Assembly (NCBI GenBank): GCA_020722575.1
Contig: DYKN01000013.1
Coordinates: forward strand, 5,649 to 69,648
DNA: 64,000 nucleotides
Reading direction: 5' to 3'
Source of the DNA: Rikenella microfusus
GTDB lineage: Bacteria; Bacteroidota; Bacteroidia; Bacteroidales; VadinHA17
Shown: positions 54,276 through 64,000 of the stretch, in pieces
How the letters are laid out: every line of letters begins with the position of its first letter
Position numbering within the stretch: position 1 is the first letter of the stretch
Made by a program: the position numbers and the translations under genes
The notes under the pieces: model-generated
What the model was told of the DNA's origin: nothing
Seen by the model: only the letters and a program-made list of their open reading frames with translations
Database searches by the model: none

Positions 54276-55136
54276 TTAAAAAAGGGTTCGAATATATTCG
54301 GCAGGATTGAATGGAAGGATATCATTGATACTTTCACCAGTAGTTTTAAAAAGTATTGGGATTTTCAGTTCTCTTATGATCCTGAGCACCATACCGGCCT
54401 TAAACCCGCTATCAACTTTGGTAAGAACAATACCATGGATTTTAAACAAGGAACTGAATTTTTGAACCTGTTGGAAACTGTTTTGTCCTGTCTGGCTGTC
54501 AATGACGAGAATCCTAAAAAACGATTTTTCATGGATTTTTTTAAGTATAGTCCTATCCATTTTTTCCAATTCCCGTATTAGGTCATCATTTGTATGCATC
54601 CTGCCAGCCGTATCAATTAGGATATAATCTGCCTTTTGAGCTTCCCCTGATGAAATAGCGTCAAAAATGACTGAAGAACTATCAGCGAACTGTTTCTGTT
54701 TGATTAAGGGGATATCAAGCCTATGACACCATTCTTGAAGCTGTTCAATAGCAGCGGCTCTAAACGTATCGCCTGCGGCAATAATCACTTTTTTCCCTTT
54801 TCGCTTAAGGATATGCGCCATTTTTGCAAGTGTTGTTGTTTTTCCGGTACCATTGACCCCTATCATCATAATGATACTCATTCCAGTCATTTCCATCATG
54901 TCAATCGGTATAGGAACATCTTGGAACAAAGCTGTGATTACGCCATTGAGATTGGTACGCAGATCTTCATAAGAAAGACTCTTCTTCTTTCTAATAATCC
55001 TAATAATTTCTTGGGAGGTTTCAAATCCGACATCTGCTGTGATGAGTGCTTCTTCAAGCTCTTCAACAATCTTGTCAATTTGGAAAGTTCCTTTTTTTTT
55101 AAAGAGTCCGGAAAAAATATTAAACATCCCCATCAA
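54276..55136 (-). CDS. ftsY: SRP receptor FtsY (short, NG domain only)
   Basis: GVNGTGKTTT, DTFRAAA, DTAGR, TKVD. Confidence 0.92.
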   Translation of the reverse strand: MMGMFNIFSGLFKKKGTFQIDKIVEELEEALITADVGFETSQEIIRIIRKKKSLSYEDLRTNLNGVITALFQDVPIPIDMMEMTGMSIIMMIGVNGTGKTTTLAKMAHILKRKGKKVIIAAGDTFRAAAIEQLQEWCHRLDIPLIKQKQFADSSSVIFDAISSGEAQKADYILIDTAGRMHTNDDLIRELEKMDRTILKKIHEKSFFRILVIDSQTGQNSFQQVQKFSSLFKIHGIVLTKVDSGFKAGMVLRIIRELKIPILFKTTGESINDILPFNPAEYIRTLF

Positions 55137-55138
55137 AC

Positions 55139-56998
55139 TCAGATCTTAATGGGATATTTGTCTTTCTTGAGTTTTTCCAATTTCACAAGTGCCTTGATTT
55201 CTTCTAAATCCAGTGTTTCCTTGTCAATGAGTGTCGTAGCAAGGATGGTTAGTTCTTTGATATGTTCTTTTAATAGGCTAAGCGCTTTCCTGTAACATCC
55301 TAAGAGGAGATTACTCACTTCCTCATCTATCAATTGTGAGGTTCTTTCTCCAAATCGTTTATGTTCAGTAATCTCACGCCCTAAAAAAATCTCCTGTTCT
55401 TTAGCACCATAATAAATAGGACCAAGCTTCATGCTCATGCCCCATTCACATATCATACGCCGTGCGATATCTGAAGCTCTCTGGATATCATTACCAGCAC
55501 CAGTATCAACACGCCCAAGCTTGATTTCTTCAGATGCACGGCCACCAAACATCATGACCAACATGTCAAGAAGATATTTCTTGTCCCTACTATGTTTATC
55601 ACCTTCAGGCAGGGATTGTGTCAAGCCAAGCGCTTGTCCACGCGGAATGATGGTCACCTTATGTATAGGATCTGCATAAGGCAAAATAAAACCTAATAGC
55701 GCATGCCCTGCTTCATGCCAAGCAACAGCCTCTTTTTCTTCAGGTTGCAATATCATACTTCTTCGTTCAGGTCCCATCAAAACCTTATCTTTCGCTTCAT
55801 CAAATTCCTTCATAGTCACTTTATCATTATTTCTTCTAGCAGCCAATAAGGCAGCCTCATTTACCAGATTTTCGAGATCTGCACCTGAAAACCCTGGGGT
55901 TCCCCTTGCTATAACACTGATATTTACATCAGCATCGACTTGAATTTTCTTTGAATGTACTTTTAAAATCCCTTCACGTCCTTTTAAATCAGGTGTAGCC
56001 ACGACGACTTGCCTGTCGAAACGACCAGGTCGTAATAACGCTGGATCCAGAACATCGGGTCGATTTGTTGCAGCTATGAGAATAACTCCTTCATTGGCTT
56101 CAAAACCGTCCATTTCAACAAGGAGCTGGTTCAACGTCTGTTCACGTTCGTCATGACCTCCCCCTAAACCTGCCCCCCTATGCCGACCTACAGCATCAAT
56201 TTCATCAATAAATAATATGCAAGGAGCATTCTTCAGCCCTTGCTGGAATAGATCACGTACACGAGAAGCACCTACACCAACAAACATTTCTACAAAATCA
56301 GATCCACTAATTGAAAAAAAAGGGACATCCGCCTCACCAGCAACAGCACGAGCAAGCAGTGTTTTCCCTGTTCCTGGAGGACCGACAAGAAGGACTCCCT
56401 TTGGGATTCGTGCGCCAATTTTAGTAAATTTTTTTGGTTCTTTTAAAAAATCAATAATTTCGTGAAGTTCCTGCTTTGCTTCATCCTCACCAGCTACATC
56501 ATCAAATGTGACTTTCATCTGGCCTTTTTTATGTATACGCGCCTTGCTTTTACCAAAAGACATGGCTTTATTTCCAGATCCTTGAATCTGCCTAAACATA
56601 AAAAACCAGAACAACCCTAAGATCAATAGCCAAGGAAGAATCTGTATCAAACCGGAAAGGAAAGGGTTTAATTCTTTTCGCGGGGAGCCTGAAACATTTA
56701 CCTTATTATTGATAAGAAGGTTTATAAGATTTGGGTCATTGTAGGGGATAAAAGTATGAAACAGTGTCCCATCAACAAGGTCTCCAGAAATGTTCTCTTC
56801 AATAATGTCAGCTTTTTTTACCTGTCCTTGACTCGCTTTTGTGATGAAATCAGAATAAATCAATTCCACAGGTTGCTTTTTTACATCCTGTCTCATCAGA
56901 TAAAAAATCGAAAATAAAATCAATACTATTATTAAAAATAAGGCGAAATTCCGCGAAGTGGGGCTATGGGGATTTTGTCCGTTGTTTTTTTTGTTCAT
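55139..56998 (-). CDS. ftsH: ATP-dependent zinc metalloprotease FtsH
   Basis: 2 [24 protein letters not shown]. Start approximate. Confidence 0.98.
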   Translation of the reverse strand: MNKKNNGQNPHSPTSRNFALFLIIVLILFSIFYLMRQDVKKQPVELIYSDFITKASQGQVKKADIIEENISGDLVDGTLFHTFIPYNDPNLINLLINNKVNVSGSPRKELNPFLSGLIQILPWLLILGLFWFFMFRQIQGSGNKAMSFGKSKARIHKKGQMKVTFDDVAGEDEAKQELHEIIDFLKEPKKFTKIGARIPKGVLLVGPPGTGKTLLARAVAGEADVPFFSISGSDFVEMFVGVGASRVRDLFQQGLKNAPCILFIDEIDAVGRHRGAGLGGGHDEREQTLNQLLVEMDGFEANEGVILIAATNRPDVLDPALLRPGRFDRQVVVATPDLKGREGILKVHSKKIQVDADVNISVIARGTPGFSGADLENLVNEAALLAARRNNDKVTMKEFDEAKDKVLMGPERRSMILQPEEKEAVAWHEAGHALLGFILPYADPIHKVTIIPRGQALGLTQSLPEGDKHSRDKKYLLDMLVMMFGGRASEEIKLGRVDTGAGNDIQRASDIARRMICEWGMSMKLGPIYYGAKEQEIFLGREITEHKRFGERTSQLIDEEVSNLLLGCYRKALSLLKEHIKELTILATTLIDKETLDLEEIKALVKLEKLKKDKYPIKI

Positions 56999-57002
56999 GT
57001 CT

Positions 57003-57575
57003 TCACTCACTTTTTTCTCCATTTATGATTTGTTTAAAAACAGATATATCATTCAATTCTCTAAAATACTCATCGTAATCCAATCCATATCCTACTAAAA
57101 AAAAATCTGATATCTTAAAACCGCAATAATCAATTTTTATGGGAACCTGCCGCTTTACCTCTTTATCTAACAAAGTGCATATTTTCACGCTTTTTGCCTT
57201 TTTCTGTTTCTTGAAATATTGGATGCTATAATCCATTGTTAGTCCACTATCTACAATATCTTCGATAATTATAACATGTCTGCCTTTTATATCAAGATCC
57301 AGATCTTTGTCAATAACAACCTTCTTACCAATACGTTTTGTACCTTTATAACTTCTAAAAGAGACAAATCCAATGCGTATAGGTACTTTTAAATGACTTA
57401 TCAAATCAGAAACAAACCTGAAACTTCCTTTTAAATTGGAAATTAATGTAACTTCTCTATTATTAAAATCATTGTTGATCTGTTTTGCAATCCGTTTTAC
57501 AGCCGTATGTATCTGTTTTCTGGAAATAATTTTGGGACCGAGTTTTTCATACAGATTAGTGACATATGACATCAA
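57003..57575 (-). CDS. hpt: Hypoxanthine phosphoribosyltransferase
   Basis: IIEDIVDSGLT, VGYGLD; tilS-hpt-ftsH order. Confidence 0.94.
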   Translation of the reverse strand: MMSYVTNLYEKLGPKIISRKQIHTAVKRIAKQINNDFNNREVTLISNLKGSFRFVSDLISHLKVPIRIGFVSFRSYKGTKRIGKKVVIDKDLDLDIKGRHVIIIEDIVDSGLTMDYSIQYFKKQKKAKSVKICTLLDKEVKRQVPIKIDYCGFKISDFFLVGYGLDYDEYFRELNDISVFKQIINGEKSE

Positions 57576-57580
57576 TTATC

Positions 57581-59008
57581 CTATCTTACCTTTTCAGTCC
57601 AGATTCTAAGCATGAACTGTGAATTTTCATCTAGAACCACATCGCTGGAAATATAATTGTTTTTTTTCGAGTCGGCAAAATTCAAAAATACCGCACACAC
57701 CCTGTTTTTATGCTCCAAAACCGGAATCAATCCTCTTTTATGTACGGATATTTTTCTGTTTATGAACATTTTTTTTAAAGATTGTCGCCCATTCATTCCT
57801 ATCATTTTGATGGAATCTCCACTTTTTCGGTTCCTTATAATACCAAATCCTGTCACTTTTGAAGCATCAAGACAGACTTCATTCTTCTTTATCAGGATAT
57901 TTTTTTTCACTTTTGGAAGGATTTCCCAAACCAACCGGCATTGTATCTGTTTTAGTAATATTTGCCCGTGTTTAGAAAAATTGATTTTTTCGGAAAATTC
58001 CATAGGCAGGGATTGAGACATGCTGGAAACAATAATATTTCCATCATCTAAATAAACACTCAATCTGTTTTGAGAAACAATATGTTTACCATCACACAAG
58101 CCGGTTTTTATCTTTCTTATGATTTCATCAATCAATCGAAATTGAGGAACAGGTAAATATTTGAAAAAAACCCTTCGTTGGATGGCTATGGGAAGATTCA
58201 TAAAAGGTTTTTGACTGATTTTAACTGTTAACCCGGTATTTTCAATATTCTTTTTAACAAATTTTTCAGTATTTTTCTTGATATATTCATTTTCATCCCT
58301 GATAATTTCAACAAGATTTGCCACGTTTTGTCTGCAATTTTTATAGGATTGTTCAATCTGAGGAATGATTGAATGTCTGAAAAAATTTCTTATTATCCCC
58401 ATATCAAAATTACTGGAATCATCCCTATAGGGGATGTTTTTTTTAACTAAGTAACTGATGATTTCATCTTTTGAAGTCCATAGTAAAGGATGTACTATTT
58501 TTTTAGAAATCGGTCTTATAGATGACAACCCTTCCAATCCGGTGCCAACACAAATCCTCATAAAAAAAGTCTCTATCAGATCATCTTGATGATGCCCTAA
58601 TACAATCCAGTCCGAATCAGATTCCTTCAATATTTCCTGAAAAAAAAGATGTCGTCTTACCCTCGCATATTCCTCCAAAGACAGCTTGCTTTTTTGATAA
58701 TCCTCTTGTATTTTCTCTTTTTTGGAGATGAATTGAACATGATATCGGTCAGCAAGCTGTTTACAAAACAACTCGTCCAGATCCGCTTCATCCCGTAATG
58801 AGTGATTGAAATGCGCCGCATAGAAAACAATGTCATAGGAATTTGAAAACTCCAAAAAAAGATGAAAAAGGAATACCGAATCTGGTCCCCCTGAAAGTCC
58901 CAATACATATCTATTCTTAGGAAAAATGATTTTTTTTGAAATAAGTAAGGTAGCAAGTCTTTTCAGATCGATGTCAGACGGATTCACTTTTAATCCTGTT
59001 GAATTCAT
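57581..59008 (-). CDS. tilS: tRNA(Ile)-lysidine synthetase
   Basis: SGGPDS, HFNHSLR, GHHQDDLIET, DSSN. Confidence 0.94.
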   Translation of the reverse strand: MNSTGLKVNPSDIDLKRLATLLISKKIIFPKNRYVLGLSGGPDSVFLFHLFLEFSNSYDIVFYAAHFNHSLRDEADLDELFCKQLADRYHVQFISKKEKIQEDYQKSKLSLEEYARVRRHLFFQEILKESDSDWIVLGHHQDDLIETFFMRICVGTGLEGLSSIRPISKKIVHPLLWTSKDEIISYLVKKNIPYRDDSSNFDMGIIRNFFRHSIIPQIEQSYKNCRQNVANLVEIIRDENEYIKKNTEKFVKKNIENTGLTVKISQKPFMNLPIAIQRRVFFKYLPVPQFRLIDEIIRKIKTGLCDGKHIVSQNRLSVYLDDGNIIVSSMSQSLPMEFSEKINFSKHGQILLKQIQCRLVWEILPKVKKNILIKKNEVCLDASKVTGFGIIRNRKSGDSIKMIGMNGRQSLKKMFINRKISVHKRGLIPVLEHKNRVCAVFLNFADSKKNNYISSDVVLDENSQFMLRIWTEKVR

Positions 59009-59558
59009 TCATCAAATCCTTGACACTTCTTCCTTCTACGACCTGTTCAATGATACTGGATACATTTTCCATCATTTCTTTTACAACCTGTTTTTTTTCA
59101 CGAGGTATATTCATAAGGACATATCGATCTAAGTCAATCTTAGGAGGAATCGGTCCACATCCCAGCCGAATCCTTTTAATCCTGTCAGTACCAAGTTTTA
59201 AAATAATATCGCGAAGGCCCTTATGCCCTCCATCTGAACCTGATTCACGGATACGGATGGAACCAAAAGGAAGACTTACATCATCCATGACTATCCATAA
59301 ATCTTCTATATCATTCTTATAGAATGATAAAAAATACTGAACCGGTTCCCCGCTTAGATTCATAAACAATGTAGGTTTCAATAGGAATAATTTATTATTG
59401 TTAAAATTTAATTCAGCATAGGAATATGATTTTTTATCTTTGAAAATCATATTTTTATGATCAGCAAAATATTCTAAAGAAAGAAAACCAAGATTATGCA
59501 AGTTATTACTGTATTGAGGACCTGGATTTCCCAAGCCCACAAATACTTTCATTGCCAC
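58974..59558 (-). CDS. pth: Peptidyl-tRNA hydrolase
   Basis: VGLGNPG, HNLGF, FMNLSG, GGHKGL. Confidence 0.96.
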   Translation of the reverse strand: MAMKVFVGLGNPGPQYSNNLHNLGFLSLEYFADHKNMIFKDKKSYSYAELNFNNNKLFLLKPTLFMNLSGEPVQYFLSFYKNDIEDLWIVMDDVSLPFGSIRIRESGSDGGHKGLRDIILKLGTDRIKRIRLGCGPIPPKIDLDRYVLMNIPREKKQVVKEMMENVSSIIEQVVEGRSVKDLMNEFNRIKSESV

Positions 59559-59560
59559 AC

Positions 59561-60298
59561 TTATTTAGCGGGTTTCTTGTCTCCACCAGCAGCGGAAGTG
59601 GCTCCCTTTGCACCTGCTGTTGGAGTAGCTACAGGAGTAGCCCCTTTAGCTCCAGCAACTGGAGCTGCCGCCGTGGCAGTCGCAGCAGTACCTTCAGCTC
59701 CAGGAACTGCAGCGGCTTCAGGTGTCGCTGCAACTTCTTCTTTCTGTGGCAACCCGACAATGACTACAACTTCATCTTTATCATCTATTATTCTCACACT
59801 ATCTTTTACTTTTATATCCTTGACAGAAATTGAATCATTGATATTAAGGTCACTGACATCAATGATAATATTATCAGGAATGTCCTTAGGAAAACTTTCA
59901 ATGGTAAGTTCACGCACAAAAAATTCCAGAACACCCCCTTCTTTGACACCAACTGCAGTTCCTTGAATTTCTACAGGGACATTGGTTCTCAATTTCTTGT
60001 CTTCACGCAATTCATAAAAATCAATATGACGGACCTTATTATCCACTGGATGCACGAGCACTTCTTTGACAAGTGTCTGGATTTTCCTGGAATCCCCTTC
60101 CATGTTCAATTCATAAAAGACATTTGAATGCTTAAACTTCACATAGAACTTGTTGAAGTCATTGTAAGGAACAGAAATATTGATGTTTTTCTCACCACCG
60201 TATATTACTGCAGGAATAAGAGATTTTTGTTTGAGTTTATGATTCTCTGATTTACCTGTTTTCTCCCGTTTGAGAGTATTTAATTGGACCGTCTGCAT
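59561..60298 (-). CDS. rplY: 50S ribosomal protein L25/Ctc with Ala-rich tail
   Basis: IPAVIYG, HP....HIDF, GVKEGG. Confidence 0.95.
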   Translation of the reverse strand: MQTVQLNTLKREKTGKSENHKLKQKSLIPAVIYGGEKNINISVPYNDFNKFYVKFKHSNVFYELNMEGDSRKIQTLVKEVLVHPVDNKVRHIDFYELREDKKLRTNVPVEIQGTAVGVKEGGVLEFFVRELTIESFPKDIPDNIIIDVSDLNINDSISVKDIKVKDSVRIIDDKDEVVVIVGLPQKEEVAATPEAAAVPGAEGTAATATAAAPVAGAKGATPVATPTAGAKGATSAAGGDKKPAK

Positions 60299-60316
60299 GG
60301 CGTATGCCTCCTTGGT

Positions 60317-61246
60317 TTAGTCTTTGAATAATTCACCAACAGATTCGCCCTTGTGAATCCGTTCTATCGCTTGGGCAAAAATTTTGGCTACTGACAATAC
60401 CTCTACTTTGGGATGAGCCAAAGTAGGTATTGTATCAGTCACAAATACCTTATTAATACCGGAATTATTGATATTTTCATAAGCATTAGCAGAAAAAACA
60501 CCATGGGTTGCAAAAGCCATAACCGACTTTGCTCCTGCTTTAAAAAGGGCTTTTACGCCTTCTGAAAGTGTTCCTGCTGTATCTATTATATCATCCACAA
60601 TAATCAGGTTTTTCCCTTCCACCTCTCCAATAATATGCATCACTTCCGCTTGTCCATGTTTTGGCCGTCTTTTGTCAATAATAGCCAGGTTCGTATGCAA
60701 GGCTCCAGACAGCCGTCGCGCCCGTACAACCCCCCCAACATCCGGTGAAACGATTACTAAATCTTCAGGTTTTATATTCTTGACATGTGATGCAAAAACA
60801 GGTATTGCTGAAAGGTGATCTACAGGAATATCGAAAAAACCCTGTATCTGAGCCGCATGTAAATCCATCACCAAAACCCTGTCAGCTCCGGCTTTTGTAA
60901 TCAGATTACTTATCAATTTTGCAGTAATCGCAACCCGCGGTTGATCCTTCCGATCCTGCCGAGCATAACCGAAATATGGTATTACAGGTGTGATTCGTTC
61001 CGCTGAAGCTCTTTTCAAGGCATCAATAATAATGAGAAGTTCCATCATGTTATAATGACCAGGTTTACATGTAGGAACAACTACAAAAACGTCTTTGCCT
61101 CGTACACTTTCCTTGATTTGGACAAATATTTCTGAATCAGAAAAATTTTTTATTGTCAACTCACCTAGCTTTAACCCTAGATGCGTTGCCACTTTTTCCG
61201 ATAAAGGAAGATTTGCAGTACCACTGAATATCCTGAGATTATTCAT
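60317..61246 (-). CDS. prs: Ribose-phosphate pyrophosphokinase
   Basis: PYFGYARQDRK, DLHAAQIQGFF, VDDIIDTAGT. Confidence 0.98.
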   Translation of the reverse strand: MNNLRIFSGTANLPLSEKVATHLGLKLGELTIKNFSDSEIFVQIKESVRGKDVFVVVPTCKPGHYNMMELLIIIDALKRASAERITPVIPYFGYARQDRKDQPRVAITAKLISNLITKAGADRVLVMDLHAAQIQGFFDIPVDHLSAIPVFASHVKNIKPEDLVIVSPDVGGVVRARRLSGALHTNLAIIDKRRPKHGQAEVMHIIGEVEGKNLIIVDDIIDTAGTLSEGVKALFKAGAKSVMAFATHGVFSANAYENINNSGINKVFVTDTIPTLAHPKVEVLSVAKIFAQAIERIHKGESVGELFKD

Positions 61247-61270
61247 AATGTCCTTTCAAATTTATAAAAT

Positions 61271-61341
61271 CAGGGGCGGAAGGATTCGAACCCACGATGC
61301 AGGGACCAAAACCCCGTGCCTTACCGCTTGGCGACGCCCCT
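61271..61341 (-). tRNA. tRNA-Gln(TTG); CCA not encoded
   Basis: Minus strand AGGGGCGTCGCCAAGCGGTAAGGCACGGGGTTTTGGTCCCTGCATCGTGGGTTCGAATCCTTCCGCCCCTG folds as a cloverleaf with a TTG anticodon. Confidence 0.95.
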
Positions 61342-61349
61342 AAGTTTAA

Positions 61350-61604
61350 CTATTGCATTTTATTGAACGCCGCAATGACTGAATCTTCGATTTTCTTGCG
61401 GAATTCCTGTTTAATCGGATGAGCCACATCCTTAAACTCTCCAGTCTTTGTCTTTCGGCTTGGCATGCCTATAAACAATCCCTTGTCACCTTCGACAATC
61501 CGAATGTTATGCACAACGAAAATGTCATCAAATGTCAATGACGCATATGCTTTTAATTTTCCTTCACCTTCAACTTTCTTGATCTGGATGTCAGTGATTT
61601 CCAT
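61350..61604 (-). CDS. spoVG: SpoVG family nucleic-acid-binding protein
   Basis: MEITDI..KLKAYAS.TFD..FVVH....GLFIGMPSRK...FKDVAHPI. Confidence 0.96.
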   Translation of the reverse strand: MEITDIQIKKVEGEGKLKAYASLTFDDIFVVHNIRIVEGDKGLFIGMPSRKTKTGEFKDVAHPIKQEFRKKIEDSVIAAFNKMQ

Positions 61605-61620
61605 GGCGCGCACCACCTTA

Positions 61621-62478
61621 TTATTGAGTTTGAGCTAAATACGACTTAGGATATTCACGGCTAAGAACATCATAAGCCAATTGAGCCTTTTTCTTATTAA
61701 CGAAAATGCCAAACATCGTCGAACCTGATCCGCTCATCAAAGCGTTTACAGCTCCTACAGATATCAGTTTTTTCTTGATCTTCTCAAGAACAGGATAATC
61801 AGCAAATGTATTTTTTTCGAATACATTATACATATTCATCGCCATTCTTACAATGTCTTTACTCCTTATTCCATCGACCAGAGCTTCAAACTGCCCTAAT
61901 CCTTGTCTATGCTGAACATTTGTTATCTTTCGATAACTTTCTACAGTACTAATGGGGAAACCAGGACTAACCAATACTACATAAAACATAGGGCTTGGTC
62001 CCATAGCCTCCAATAATTCTCCTTTTCCTCTCACGATTCTACATCCACCTAAGAGAAAAAAAGGAACATCACTTCCTATTTGTTCAGCAGTCTTTAGCCA
62101 AATCTCCTTATTCGTAACTGGAGAAAACTTATGATAGAGATATTTTAAAAAAACAGCCGCGTTGCTGCTACCTCCACCAAGCCCACCTCCCATAGGAATA
62201 TGTTTATTCAACTTCACTATGAGACCAGATATTGGACCATGCTCCTTCTGGAACAAGTCATATGTCTTTGTCAAAATGTTCTCATGATAAGGTATTTCTG
62301 AATCCAACTCTAACCCTGGAGTCTTTTTTATTCTGATAATGAGTTCATCTGACAGTTTTATCTCCCTAAAAACAGAGAGAATATTATGATATCCATCACT
62401 CCTTTTGTTTTCAATATCTAAAAACAAATTGATTTTGGCATTAGCCAACAATCTATATGATTCAGATAATAATGCCAT
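61621..62478 (-). CDS. ispE: 4-diphosphocytidyl-2-C-methyl-D-erythritol kinase
   Basis: AKINLFL, IPMGGGLGGGSSNAA, GSDVPFF, MSGSGST. Confidence 0.96.
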   Translation of the reverse strand: MALLSESYRLLANAKINLFLDIENKRSDGYHNILSVFREIKLSDELIIRIKKTPGLELDSEIPYHENILTKTYDLFQKEHGPISGLIVKLNKHIPMGGGLGGGSSNAAVFLKYLYHKFSPVTNKEIWLKTAEQIGSDVPFFLLGGCRIVRGKGELLEAMGPSPMFYVVLVSPGFPISTVESYRKITNVQHRQGLGQFEALVDGIRSKDIVRMAMNMYNVFEKNTFADYPVLEKIKKKLISVGAVNALMSGSGSTMFGIFVNKKKAQLAYDVLSREYPKSYLAQTQ

Positions 62479-62489
62479 TATAAAGCTAT

Positions 62490-62518
62490 ATTATAATGAA
62501 AATAAGGGGAATTGTCAA
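62490..62518 (-). promoter_or_regulatory. Consensus sigma70 promoter for the ispE-spoVG-tRNA-prs gene run
   Basis: TTGACA-N17-TATAAT, ending 11 nt before the ispE ATG. Confidence 0.75.
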
Positions 62519-62531
62519 ATTTTTTAATACT

Positions 62532-63143
62532 TTACTCTCCCAATTTTTCAAAAATGATGTTGTCAGAAAACCCACGTGATTTAAGAAGGGAAGCTATTTT
62601 TCTCTTTTTTTCAATATTTTTGAGGTTCCCCAGTTTTTTTTTATGCTTTTCAAGACATATTTGAGCATATTCAGCCTCTTTTTCCCCTATAAAATAGCTA
62701 TCCAATTTAGCCCTGATGATATTCTTTAAAATCCCTTTTATATAAAATTTTTGAAAAAAATAATAATAGCCATATCCAGCCTTGGCTTCTATTACTTTTT
62801 CCATGTACCTATCATCAGAATCGATATAATTATAATTTTTTAGTTTTTCAACAATCTCATCAATCACGTCCCTGCAAGCAGTCCGAGTTTCAAGCCTTTT
62901 AATGATTTCAGAAATTGTCCTGTTTTGAAAAGAAAGCAGTCTTAACGCATATGCAAAAAGATCTTTTGATAAGGATTCTTTTTGTATTTCATCAATTTTG
63001 TCTTGGTTTATAGAATCATCTTTATGAAGTGAATATCGTAAAATGATTTCTTTTGAAACATTAAACAGAAATTGATCATCAACATATACGGAATAGCGTT
63101 GATTCCTATTTTGCCTGATTTCAGTAATGACAGGCATAAGCAA
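62532..63143 (-). CDS. recX: RecX family regulator
   Basis: RYSVYVDD, ALRLLS..RT.SEI, YID.D, LKSRGFS. Confidence 0.82.
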   Translation of the reverse strand: MLMPVITEIRQNRNQRYSVYVDDQFLFNVSKEIILRYSLHKDDSINQDKIDEIQKESLSKDLFAYALRLLSFQNRTISEIIKRLETRTACRDVIDEIVEKLKNYNYIDSDDRYMEKVIEAKAGYGYYYFFQKFYIKGILKNIIRAKLDSYFIGEKEAEYAQICLEKHKKKLGNLKNIEKKRKIASLLKSRGFSDNIIFEKLGE

Positions 63144-63152
63144 ATATAAAAA

Positions 63153-63545
63153 TTATCGTTTTGAAAACTGGAACCGCTTCCTTGCCTTGGGTTGACCATA
63201 CTTCTTTCGTTCAACCATGCGGGGATCTCTTGTCAGGAGTCCAAATTGACGCAAGGACGGTTTAAACTTTTCATTGGAAACCAAGAGAGCTCTTGCTAAT
63301 CCCATTTTTACCGCATCTGCCTGTCCTGTCTCTCCACCACCTAAAGCTTTAACAAAAACATCATAAACTTTTTCGGTTGAAGTCACAGTAAGGGGTTGAG
63401 TTGCCTTAAGGATGTTTATTTCTCTATGGAAATATTTCTGTACTTCTTTGCCATTAACCATAAACTTTCCAGTTCCCTGCTTAATAGCAACCTTGGCAAC
63501 TGCATTTTTTCTTCTACCTACTGTCTGAATAATCGATGTAGCCAT
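63153..63545 (-). CDS. rpsI: 30S ribosomal protein S9
   Basis: GRRK, GGGETGQA, RDPRMVERKKYG, QFSKR. Confidence 0.99.
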   Translation of the reverse strand: MATSIIQTVGRRKNAVAKVAIKQGTGKFMVNGKEVQKYFHREINILKATQPLTVTSTEKVYDVFVKALGGGETGQADAVKMGLARALLVSNEKFKPSLRQFGLLTRDPRMVERKKYGQPKARKRFQFSKR

Positions 63546-63557
63546 TATAATCCTCCT

Positions 63558-63986
63558 TTAAACCTTGAGCTCGACAATATCTTTTACCGACATGTCGTGC
63601 TTATCACCTGCATATATGCGGACATTTTTCATCATTTTCCGACCTAATGGATTATGTGGAAGCATCCCTAATACAGCATGTTTCAAAGCATGATCAGGAT
63701 GAATCTTCATCATTACATCCATTTTTGTTTCTTTTAAGCCACCAGGGAAATTTGAATGAGAACGATAAATCATATCCTTCATTTTATTCCCTGTCACTTT
63801 GATTTTACCAGCGTTTATGACAACTATGTTATCGCCATTATTAAGTCCAGGAGCATAGGTTGCTTTCTCTTTTCCACGTATGATACTTGCAATCCGTGAT
63901 GCTAATCTTCCAAGAACCTTACCATTAGCATCAATCAGAAACCATTTCCGGACCAGATCCTTACTTTTAATGTTATATGTCAACAT
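63558..63986 (-). CDS. rplM: 50S ribosomal protein L13
   Basis: WFLIDA..LGRLAS, GDNIVVINA, GMLPHN.LGR. Confidence 0.99.
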   Translation of the reverse strand: MLTYNIKSKDLVRKWFLIDANGKVLGRLASRIASIIRGKEKATYAPGLNNGDNIVVINAGKIKVTGNKMKDMIYRSHSNFPGGLKETKMDVMMKIHPDHALKHAVLGMLPHNPLGRKMMKNVRIYAGDKHDMSVKDIVELKV

Positions 63987-64000
63987 CTCATTCTCCTTAA

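Noticed and set aside
59561-59740. GC-rich repetitive stretch
   Set aside because: It encodes the Ala/Thr/Pro-rich tail of L25/Ctc and is not a DNA repeat element.

Overview
A gene-dense, AT-rich bacterial chromosome segment, almost entirely on the minus strand. Gene order (rplM-rpsI-recX-ispE-spoVG-tRNA-Gln-prs-rplY-pth-tilS-hpt-ftsH; tmk-yaaR-holB-ricT-metG), a UPF0164/PorV-like barrel and an M23 peptidase suggest a deep-branching spirochaete; this is inference, not a database result. Most of the window is housekeeping: ligA, a sigma70-family factor, proC, hisEG, deaD, ettA, prfC, thrC, dnaG, uvrA, ftsI, ftsY, trehalose genes, lemA-htpX and moxR-DUF58. I found no CRISPR array, transposase or prophage. 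The standout is the operon at 42194-49404: a sigma54-type promoter, an FN3/discoidin protein, a long SD-rich leader, a DUF11 Ig protein, a second protein sharing the same N-terminal 33-aa segment but ending in an FlgD-Ig/T9SS-like C-terminal domain, a PorV-like barrel and a large TPR protein. The sequence fits a self-polymerising donor-strand, possibly isopeptide-crosslinked surface fibre with its own anchor and export proteins. Its subunits are strongly enriched in [S/T]-N dipeptides. Other notable points: an in-frame TAA in trmJ, an SrkA kinase remnant, sigma28-like promoters (one in front of a sigma factor), a structured spacer and likely leaderless promoter before an HNH nuclease, and a stand-alone cyclase-tail TPR mini-protein.
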